DNA from: Myxococcales bacterium
Lineage (GTDB): Bacteria > Myxococcota_A > Polyangia > Polyangiales > Polyangiaceae
Direction of reading: 5' to 3'
DNA: 64,000 nt
NCBI GenBank assembly: GCA_023248745.1
Contig: JAHFDZ010000002.1
Coordinates: forward strand, 428-64,427
Below the pieces are notes generated by a model. It worked only from the letters and a program-made list of their open reading frames with translations. It had not been told where the DNA came from and did no database searches. Below are positions 47,328 through 54,992 of this stretch, piece after piece (the stretch's first letter is position 1; every line of letters starts with the position of its first letter). A program made the translations under genes and the position numbers.

Positions 47328-48362
47328 ATGCGCATTGCCGTTGTAAGCCCTCGTTATCCCGATTCGTTTTCGGACAACGTGGCGGTCACGCTCCAAGCGA
47401 TGGGGCATCAAGTGATGAGCGTTGGGTCCATACCGACATCAAGGTATTACGGCCGAGTCGGCGCCGTTGCGCGCGCGCTTCGTGAGCAGTGGTTTGGCGA
47501 TCGACCAACGACCGACGAACGACGGTTGGCCAAGCGTGTCAAGGCCGAGAAAATCCAAGCGCTGATCGCCTGCACTTGGGACGTTCATCCTGAGGTGCTC
47601 CAAGATCTTGGCCGCTCGTGTGCGCGCGTTCTGTGGTGGGGCGACCACGCCGGCTCAACGGGTCGATGGGGTGTTGTCAATTCGCATTGGGACATTGTGT
47701 ATGTAAAAGATCGCGACTTGTGCGCCAAGCTCTTGCGGGTTGGTGTTGATGCACGGGTCATGCACGAAGCCGCAAATCCGATGTGGCACCGCCCGGTGGC
47801 CGAGCCCGTGGATCAGTCGCTGGCTTTCGCCGGCAACCTATACGGATTTCGGCAGGTGCTCGTACGCCGCCTTCTTGAAGCGGGCGAGCAAGTACGCGTG
47901 TACGGACCTCGCGCGCCTCGATGGATATTGCCGTCGATCCAACCCGCCATTGTTGGCGAGTACGTTTCGGGCCTCGACAAGAGCCGCGCCTTTGGCGAAG
48001 CGCTCGCAGTGATCAACAACTTCTGTCTCGCGGAAGGCAACGCGCTTAACTGTCGCGCCTTCGAAGCTGCGGCCGCCGGAGCGCTGCAGCTCATTGAGCA
48101 TCGCGACGCAATTCGCGAGTGCTTCGAACCAGGGCGCGAAGTGCTGGTGTGGAATACGTGGGACGAGCTTCTCGATCACATCGCGCGTGCCAAGCGCGAA
48201 CCGCAGTCGATGCGCAAGATTCGACAAGCCGGAGCAGCTCGCGTGCTTGCCGAGCATACGTATCAGCACCGACTCGTGCGTGTTCTTCAAGACATTGGTG
48301 AGCGAGAAAAGCCGCGACCGGCGCAAGTTAGTTTGTCACACTTTGGATCGTCAACTTTGTGA
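47328..48362 (+). CDS. CgeB-family glycosyltransferase-like protein (paralog 2)
   Basis: ATG 47328 with GGAG upstream. Collinear with 43554-44507 (SHWDIVY, GVDAR, AANPMWHRPVAE, DKSRAFG, RAFEAAAAGALQLIEH, HIARAKREP). Confidence 0.6.
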   Translation: MRIAVVSPRYPDSFSDNVAVTLQAMGHQVMSVGSIPTSRYYGRVGAVARALREQWFGDRPTTDERRLAKRVKAEKIQALIACTWDVHPEVLQDLGRSCARVLWWGDHAGSTGRWGVVNSHWDIVYVKDRDLCAKLLRVGVDARVMHEAANPMWHRPVAEPVDQSLAFAGNLYGFRQVLVRRLLEAGEQVRVYGPRAPRWILPSIQPAIVGEYVSGLDKSRAFGEALAVINNFCLAEGNALNCRAFEAAAAGALQLIEHRDAIRECFEPGREVLVWNTWDELLDHIARAKREPQSMRKIRQAGAARVLAEHTYQHRLVRVLQDIGEREKPRPAQVSLSHFGSSTL

Positions 48363-48426
48363 ATCTTGTCATGAAGCACCTTTCTGTTGATGTGACTCAC
48401 GATTTGAAGTGCACCTTGAGGGTGCA

Positions 48427-49185
48427 ATGAGCCCGGGCGTGCACGCGGCGCGACAGAGGCTCTATGCGGACTACGACAAGCACGCGAGGTCCCCAATCGA
48501 TCTCGACGGAGGATCGTTTCCCTATTTCAATTCGCTCGTACGCACTCACTTTCCGCTCGACCGTGCGGTCCATATTCTCGATCTTGGGTGCGGCAACGGA
48601 ACACTTCTTCGCGCCGCGGCATGCAACGGATACACATCGGTGCGTGGCGTTGACGGCTCACCCGCGATGGTGCGCGAGGCGATTGCGAGTGGTGCAATTG
48701 GCGCAGAGCAGGGCGACATCAATGAAGCGCTGCGGCGCTGCGCGAGTGCGAGCGTTGATGTGATCGTTGCATTTGATGTGCTCGAGCATCTCGATCTCGA
48801 TCAGCAATTAGAGATGCTTGACGATGCACATCGCGTCCTCAAAGGCGGAGGCCGTTTGATCTTGCATGTGCCGAATGGCGATTCGCCATTCGGTGCGAGT
48901 GTGCGATTTGGTGACGCCACACACACGACGGCCTTCACCACTACGTCGCTCGCGCAGCTCCTCTTCGCCGCGGGATTTCGTTCGCACGAGAGCTTCGAAG
49001 ACCAGCCCGCTTTCGGGCGGTTCCTTAGAGAACACGCGCGGCTTCGCGCTCTCGCCATGGGCGTAATGCGCGGCGCATGGACGTTGCTTTGTGGAGGGCT
49101 CTACGCGTGGACTTTCATTGAGACCGCGACTGTTCCGACGAGGAAGGTGTATACGCGCAACTTGCTGACTGTTGCGTTCAAGTAG
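48427..49185 (+). CDS. class I SAM-dependent methyltransferase
   Basis: Motif I ILDLGCGNGTLL. ATG 48427 preceded by GAGGGTG (ORF opens at GTG 48409). Confidence 0.8.
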   Translation: MSPGVHAARQRLYADYDKHARSPIDLDGGSFPYFNSLVRTHFPLDRAVHILDLGCGNGTLLRAAACNGYTSVRGVDGSPAMVREAIASGAIGAEQGDINEALRRCASASVDVIVAFDVLEHLDLDQQLEMLDDAHRVLKGGGRLILHVPNGDSPFGASVRFGDATHTTAFTTTSLAQLLFAAGFRSHESFEDQPAFGRFLREHARLRALAMGVMRGAWTLLCGGLYAWTFIETATVPTRKVYTRNLLTVAFK

Positions 49186-49191
49186 CGCTAC

Positions 49192-49890
49192 CTAGTCTCG
49201 ACCGACGCTGGCCTCGATTGCATCTTTTTGCGAGCGGTAGCGATGGTAGAATTTGGTAACGAGCGTGACGTACTCGCGCGTTTGCTGATAGGGCGGAATG
49301 CCTCCTGCGCGCATCACCGCGCCGTCGCCGGCATTGTATGCGGCAATCGTGAGCGAGAGATCACCGTTAAAGAGGTTGGCGAGGATTCGTAAGTAGCGAA
49401 CGCCGCCGAAGATGTTCTCGCGAGGATCGTCAATATCTTTGACTTGCATGCGGCCTGCCGTATCGGGCATGAGCTGCATGAGACCGCGTGCGCCCGATGG
49501 ACTCACTGCGCGAGGATCGTAGTCGCTTTCGCATTTGATAACTGCGCGAACGAGCTGCTCGGGGATTTGGTAAAGTGAAGCTGCTTGACGAATCCACTCG
49601 TCGTAGCGCGTGTAGCGGGTGGGATCGCGGTCGGTCGGTGCTACGGGCACGACGCCGTTTGCGACGGAGATGCGCTTGGGGCCACCACCACCCCGGGAGT
49701 ACACGCGGAACTTTGTGTCTTTCGGCTTCGCGTTGCTGAAGTGAATGACACCTTCTTTGTCGGTGAACTGAAAAATGTCGGCGCGCGCGTTCTCCGAAGA
49801 GAGCGCGACCGATATCGGCACGAGGACACAAAGAAGGGCAAAGCGAGACACGTCACCTCTGATCGTGCAGAACCACGGCCACGTGCGCAA
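49192..49890 (-). CDS. lytic transglycosylase (SLT domain) with DUF4124-like N-terminal domain
   Basis: DIFQFTDKEGVIHFSN, then CESDYDPRAVSPSGARGLMQLMPDTA. Confidence 0.8.
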   Translation of the reverse strand: MRTWPWFCTIRGDVSRFALLCVLVPISVALSSENARADIFQFTDKEGVIHFSNAKPKDTKFRVYSRGGGGPKRISVANGVVPVAPTDRDPTRYTRYDEWIRQAASLYQIPEQLVRAVIKCESDYDPRAVSPSGARGLMQLMPDTAGRMQVKDIDDPRENIFGGVRYLRILANLFNGDLSLTIAAYNAGDGAVMRAGGIPPYQQTREYVTLVTKFYHRYRSQKDAIEASVGRD

Positions 49891-49970
49891 GTATCGCGTA
49901 GGTTGGACCGCTTATTCCCGCACTTTCCGGTCTTGTGCGTCCGGCGCGTCTGTTACAACTGCCGCACCGG

Positions 49971-50456
49971 ATGACTGACTTGCGCATACCGCTGGTGGTT
50001 CTTGCCGTGCTCTTTGGGCTCCTTGTGCTGATTCGCATGCGTCCAACGGCGCGACGCAAGAGCCAAGCAAGCCGCGAAGCACTCGCTGCCGCCGAGGCGA
50101 AAATCGCAAGCGCTCCAAACGAGGTCGAGCGCGCGCTGGCTTTTTGCGAGGCAGGTGAAGCGTGTGTTGCTCGGCTAAGTCGCAACGAGCGAGCGCTCGG
50201 CTACTTCTTGAAAGCGATGAAGGCAGATCCGACGTCGACCGAGATTGTGGAGCGTGTCGTCAACGCACTTGACCATCGGCCGCGCGCGCTCGAGGCCGTC
50301 CTGTGGCGCCGCCTCGCGGTGACGGGGTGGGGCGAGAAGAATAGCGCGGCGACGAAGCTTGTGCTCCGGGCGCTGTCGGAGGTTTACGGAACGAAGTTAC
50401 GGAACCCGACGCGGGGAAGGGCGTTGACACAGGCGATCGCGCTGCTCGGGCGTTAG
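49971..50456 (+). CDS. hypothetical single-pass membrane protein with helical (TPR-like) domain
   Basis: ATG 49971. TM helix IPLVVLAVLFGLLVLI followed by a helical region. No family recognised. Confidence 0.4.
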   Translation: MTDLRIPLVVLAVLFGLLVLIRMRPTARRKSQASREALAAAEAKIASAPNEVERALAFCEAGEACVARLSRNERALGYFLKAMKADPTSTEIVERVVNALDHRPRALEAVLWRRLAVTGWGEKNSAATKLVLRALSEVYGTKLRNPTRGRALTQAIALLGR

Positions 50457-50760
50457 GCGCACCTCCGCGCTGACTTGCTTCCCGGCGTCGGCGCAGACTC
50501 GTTCCCCCCGGGATTTCCCTCCCGTTGGATATGCCGCCCGCTGCCTCGAAAGAGCCATTTTATTTTGAGTCAGGTTTAGCGACGCACCCACAATTTGTTG
50601 GTGTTGGCATCACCACGCCCCGTCGATAGTCCCGCCCAACCACTCGTCCCATTCAACCGTAAGAAAGCTGCGCGCGCCTCCAACAGCGAAGCAATGCCCA
50701 TACCATCGCGATCTCCACGCAATCCCGCGACCGCGCGCTATCCCCGACACAGAGCCGCTG

Positions 50761-51738
50761 TCACCCAGACGGCCAAAACACTTGCGGCAGCTGCCCTCGG
50801 TGGCTGAGTGCGAGCCAGTCCATCAGTGCGGCAACGGTGATGTGCACGAGAAAGCCTTGATAAATACTCTTCGTACGAATGCTCAACGAGCCGAGCGCAA
50901 TGCCCGCGATGATCGCACCGACCGCTTCGAGATATGGCTTGCCGTAGTGGATCATGCAGTAAGGCAATGCCATGGCGAAGATCGCACCCGAGCCAAAACT
51001 CTTCTTGAGTGCCGCTACCCAGAACCCGCGGAAGAACATTTCGAGCGCGAAGAACTGCGCGAAGTACATCGCTTCCCAAAGCAGAAAATCGAACCAGCTG
51101 CGGGATGAGTGCTTGTAAAACGGGTAGTATGCACCGAAATCTGGCTGCTTGCTGACGACGTACATCGCCGGCAAAACCGCGCCCAAGAAAAGGCCGTAGA
51201 TCCAAAAGTGCTTGAAGAAGCCCTTCGCACGAAGGCCCATATCGAGCAGGGAATCGTTCCGGAAAATGAGTTTCCAAAGCGGAAACGGAATGAGCACGTA
51301 TCCCAGAATGCGTGTGCCAGCCCACCAGGCGAATGTGTACAGCTCTTCGTACTTTGCGAGCTTCAATGCAAACGGCACATGAAAGATATGGGAGTGCTTG
51401 AAAAAACTCACCGTGTAAGAGCCCGTGTCGAGCTCTTCTAGGAGCGGACGCATGCGCAATTCGTAATAGCGCCGGTCACCAAAGTACTCCTGCATCGTTA
51501 AGATGACCGCGCACATCACTAGTGCGACGAACGGACGCAAATCGGTCTTGCCCGCGTCGAGCAATTTTTGACGCTCAACTTGTGACTCTTCGTCGAGTTC
51601 CTTCCACGTTCCTTGGAACATGGCCCATATGGCAGTCAGCACAATGACCAAAACGGGGATCGGCCAAATCGGCTTGAACGTCTCCAGCGCACGCTCAAAT
51701 GCATTGGGTTCGCCAGGCGGAGCGAGCAGAAAGACCAT
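50761..51738 (-). CDS. CPBP-family (CAAX/Abi-type) intramembrane protease
   Basis: Polytopic protein with ALEMFFRGF (EExxxR-like), MIHYGKP and GFLVHITVAALMDW His motifs. Its start abuts the gltX stop (TAAATG). Confidence 0.6.
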   Translation of the reverse strand: MVFLLAPPGEPNAFERALETFKPIWPIPVLVIVLTAIWAMFQGTWKELDEESQVERQKLLDAGKTDLRPFVALVMCAVILTMQEYFGDRRYYELRMRPLLEELDTGSYTVSFFKHSHIFHVPFALKLAKYEELYTFAWWAGTRILGYVLIPFPLWKLIFRNDSLLDMGLRAKGFFKHFWIYGLFLGAVLPAMYVVSKQPDFGAYYPFYKHSSRSWFDFLLWEAMYFAQFFALEMFFRGFWVAALKKSFGSGAIFAMALPYCMIHYGKPYLEAVGAIIAGIALGSLSIRTKSIYQGFLVHITVAALMDWLALSHRGQLPQVFWPSG

Positions 51739-53184
51739 TTACGATCCGTTGCCTCTCGCAAGCATGGCGCTCTCTGCAAGGCGCTTGAGCGCGCGTTCCT
51801 TGCCGAGCAAAAAGAGTACGAGATAGAGCCCGGGGCTCGCCGATCGACCCGTGAGCGCGACGCGCGCAGGTTGCGCAACGTCCTTGATTTGCAGGTTCTG
51901 CGCTTCGAGCCACGCGTGCGTGCGATGGTCGAGCTCGGCCTCCGTCCACAGCTCAACGCCGGCATACAGCGCATGAAGCGCATCAAGTTTCGAAGCGCTT
52001 TCGGGCGTGAGAAACTTTTGCACTGCCTTTTGATCCATTTCGGGTGGGTCTCGAAAAAAGAAGTCCATCCCGTTTGCGGCTTCGACAAACGTCGTTGCGC
52101 GCTCGCGCACGCCTGGCACGATCGCTTCGACGCGATCGGTTGTGATGTTCGCCAAACCACGTTGGTCAAGAAACGGAACTACCGATTCGGCGTAGCGCTT
52201 CGTCGACGTGAGTCGCTCGCTCTTCAGATGCTCGTGCTGAATCGCGAGGAACTTCTTCGTATCAAACTTGCCGTCGCCTTTGCCGCACGCTTCCCAGTTG
52301 AACGCGGCAACAAGCTCGTCTCGCGAAAAAACCTCTTGGTCGCCGTGCGACCAACCGAAGCGCGCGAGGTAGTTCAGTACGGCTTCGGGCGAATACCCTT
52401 GGTCGCGATACTCCGTCACGCTTACCGCGCCATGCCGCTTCGATAGCTTCTCACCGCTGGGCGCCAGCATCATGGGCAGGTGCGCAAATTCAGGCGGCGC
52501 AACGTCGAGCGCTTCGTAGATCAAGATCTGCGGCGGTGTGTTCACCATGTGATCGCGCCCGCGCGCAACAAGCGTAATGCCCATCGTGAGGTCGTCCACG
52601 ACAGCGCCAAAGTTGTAGAGCGGCACGCCGTCGCTGCGCACGAGCACGAAGTCTTGTTGCGCGCCGTTTGGCGTCACAATCTCGCCGAACACTCTGTCAA
52701 TATACTTGACGGAGCCGCCATCCGGCATGCGAAACCGAACAACGAACGGCTTGTCCGGTTGATTCGCGCGGTCACGACAAGTGCCTGGATATCGAAATTG
52801 CGCTTTCGGATCGCGCTCTTTTACGGCTGCGCGTTGCACGTCGAGTTCCTCTTTGGTGCAGAAACATCGATACGCCTTCTTGTTCGTGATGAGCTTCTCG
52901 CTGAAATCTTTGTAGATCGCGAGGCGCTGCATCTGAAAGTAAGGACCATGCGCGCCGCCCACGTCGGGACCTTCGTCCCATGTGAGGCCAAGCCACTTCA
53001 TCGAGTCGAGAATGATCTTCACGCTTTCGGGCGTACTGCGCTCCTGATCGGTGTCCTCTATTCGGAGTACAAATGCTCCACCAACGCTTCTCGCCCAGAG
53101 CCAGTTGAAGAGCGCCGTGCGTACCCCGCCGATGTGTAAATAGCCCGTCGGCGATGGGGCGAAACGAACGCGCGCAGGACTCAT
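51739..53184 (-). CDS. gltX: glutamate--tRNA ligase
   Basis: HIGH motif PSPTGYLHIGG, KMSKS motif KLSKRHG. ATG 53184 (ORF opens at GTG 53202). Confidence 0.9.
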   Translation of the reverse strand: MSPARVRFAPSPTGYLHIGGVRTALFNWLWARSVGGAFVLRIEDTDQERSTPESVKIILDSMKWLGLTWDEGPDVGGAHGPYFQMQRLAIYKDFSEKLITNKKAYRCFCTKEELDVQRAAVKERDPKAQFRYPGTCRDRANQPDKPFVVRFRMPDGGSVKYIDRVFGEIVTPNGAQQDFVLVRSDGVPLYNFGAVVDDLTMGITLVARGRDHMVNTPPQILIYEALDVAPPEFAHLPMMLAPSGEKLSKRHGAVSVTEYRDQGYSPEAVLNYLARFGWSHGDQEVFSRDELVAAFNWEACGKGDGKFDTKKFLAIQHEHLKSERLTSTKRYAESVVPFLDQRGLANITTDRVEAIVPGVRERATTFVEAANGMDFFFRDPPEMDQKAVQKFLTPESASKLDALHALYAGVELWTEAELDHRTHAWLEAQNLQIKDVAQPARVALTGRSASPGLYLVLFLLGKERALKRLAESAMLARGNGS

Positions 53185-53293
53185 GGGCGACAGGAATACC
53201 ACGCTTTGAGCGAGTGCTGGCGTGCGTCGGGCTCGTACCTAAAGTGAACAACGAAGTTGACGAGGTCTACTTCGTGAACAAGACCAAGTGGCC

Positions 53294-53647
53294 ATGAAAA
53301 AAACAACGCTCGCTCTGTACGTGTCGGCATTTGTTGCCGCTGCGTGTGGAAGCGCCACATCGGTCGATGCCGCGCTTGCAACTTATTGCGATCGGGACGC
53401 AGCCTGCATCGGGACTGCAACGTCAGAAGAAATCGCGGCGTGCAAGAAAAAGAACTCCGGCTTCGACAAGCAGCTAAAGACCGAGTGCGTTTCGGCCTAC
53501 GCCCAATACTACGAGTGCGAGATCGCCTTCGCGACTTGCACGAACAAAGTGACCTCAATCGATCAGGCAAAGGTCGCCGCGAGTTGCAAAACCGCTGCAG
53601 ACCAGGCCGTCAAATGCCAGCCCCTTCCAGACGGATTTCCTGGATAA
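53294..53647 (+). CDS. small Cys-rich lipoprotein
   Basis: MKKTTLALYVSAFVAAAC lipobox with 8 further Cys. ATG 53294 (ORF opens at GTG 53288). Confidence 0.5.
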   Translation: MKKTTLALYVSAFVAAACGSATSVDAALATYCDRDAACIGTATSEEIAACKKKNSGFDKQLKTECVSAYAQYYECEIAFATCTNKVTSIDQAKVAASCKTAADQAVKCQPLPDGFPG

Positions 53648-53703
53648 TACGACGCTCCGGAAAGTTGATTGTCAATTTTATTGTCGAATCGACTGTGCGG
53701 GCT

Positions 53704-54891
53704 TCAGTGAATCGTCGCTGCGGCCTGCGATTGCTTCACGGCGTCGTATTCGCCTTCAAAGCTCACGAGCTGCTCAATGACGATGCCCATATTTTGAGTG
53801 TTCGTTTCGGTGGGTGCAAACCTGCCGAGCTCGGCCATCTGGCGACGAATCTCTTGCAACTGATCGCAGATGCGACCCAGTTCATCAAAGTCGACCGAGC
53901 CGCGATCCTTGCCTGCGTATCCGTCGCGGTACGCTTCAAAAAGCGCATTCGCTTCGCCGCCGAGCAGCAGCTGAATATTGGGTAGCGACTCGCCCTTGCG
54001 GGCCGCACGGACTTCGTTGAGTTCGGTTTCGTACGTGCTCAACCGACTTGCAACGATGTCGATGTTGGAGACGTTGGTCGCATCGCCTTTGCCCTGCGCC
54101 TGAAGCTGCGACATGCGGTGATGGATGCGCTTCAAGCTTTTGACCACGCGCTCGAGCAAAGCGGGGCGACGGCTTGTGCGTGACTTGCCTGCAAAGTGCA
54201 CGCGATACACTTCAAACTGCGCGTTTGCGATTACAGCGAGCACGTTGATCTGCTCGTCGTTCGTCCATGATCTGCTGCGTTGATCGTCTGCTGCATAGCG
54301 GTCCGGTGGACCACCCTCTCCCACCTGCGCTTTTTCGATCTCACTGAGTTCTGTGCGAAAGGATGCAAGGGCCTTGCTCACCACTTGAATGTCACTCGTG
54401 ACTTCGCTTGCGCGACCCTTCGGTACCGAGCCGAGCATTTCCTTGTGAATCGTCTGCAGCTGCTCGATGAGATCCGCGAGCAGTGCAGGATCACGTGTCG
54501 CTCGATTTTGGCCGGCGAAGTGCCGCTGAAATTGCGCGAACATCAGATTGGCAAGCGTCGCAAGTTCGCCAAATTTGTCGAAACCCGGATCGCGATTTTT
54601 CGCCTGCACGATGGCCTCTCGCTCTTCGCGATAGAGCGCCAAGTTCTTCTCGGCCGTTTCTGCAACAGGTGCGAGGGCCGTGCGATCGGCTTCGTCGCCA
54701 CCCGACGCAGTGAGTTGCGCCACGACCGACTGAACCCCATCGATGAGCGCGTCGAGTCGATCGAGCTCGCGGGTGGCGCGCGCTTTATTCGCGAAGTGCG
54801 CGTCGTACTCGTTGGTAATGGCTTGAAGTTGCGCGGAAAGGCGTTCGGCGATGGCTGACATGGGCCGAGTAATCTCGCGCACCTTGGCCAT
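53704..54891 (-). CDS. hypothetical cytoplasmic protein built of four about 100-aa helical repeats
   Basis: The motif (A/T)Nxx(F/Y)xx(Y/F/H)xxx(F/Y)A(G/N)(K/Q)x(R/A) then L...L..I...M occurs four times (e.g. ANLMFAQFQRHFAGQNRATRDPALLADLIEQLQTIHKEM). Start is ATG 54891 or 54861. Confidence 0.5.
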   Translation of the reverse strand: MAKVREITRPMSAIAERLSAQLQAITNEYDAHFANKARATRELDRLDALIDGVQSVVAQLTASGGDEADRTALAPVAETAEKNLALYREEREAIVQAKNRDPGFDKFGELATLANLMFAQFQRHFAGQNRATRDPALLADLIEQLQTIHKEMLGSVPKGRASEVTSDIQVVSKALASFRTELSEIEKAQVGEGGPPDRYAADDQRSRSWTNDEQINVLAVIANAQFEVYRVHFAGKSRTSRRPALLERVVKSLKRIHHRMSQLQAQGKGDATNVSNIDIVASRLSTYETELNEVRAARKGESLPNIQLLLGGEANALFEAYRDGYAGKDRGSVDFDELGRICDQLQEIRRQMAELGRFAPTETNTQNMGIVIEQLVSFEGEYDAVKQSQAAATIH

Positions 54892-54992
54892 CGCGACAAG
54901 GGGGGCGATGAGATGTCGGTGCGAGTAAGCACGATGACTGGCGCGCAAAACCACTTACGAGACGCGCGCGGAAGCTCGTATCATGTTCCTCA

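Noticed and set aside
48371-48430. 19-codon uORF (MKHLSVDVTHDLKCTLRVQ) whose stop overlaps the methyltransferase ATG.
   Set aside because: There is no SD and the codon usage is AT-leaning. It could easily arise by chance in a 64-bp spacer and would need Ribo-seq.
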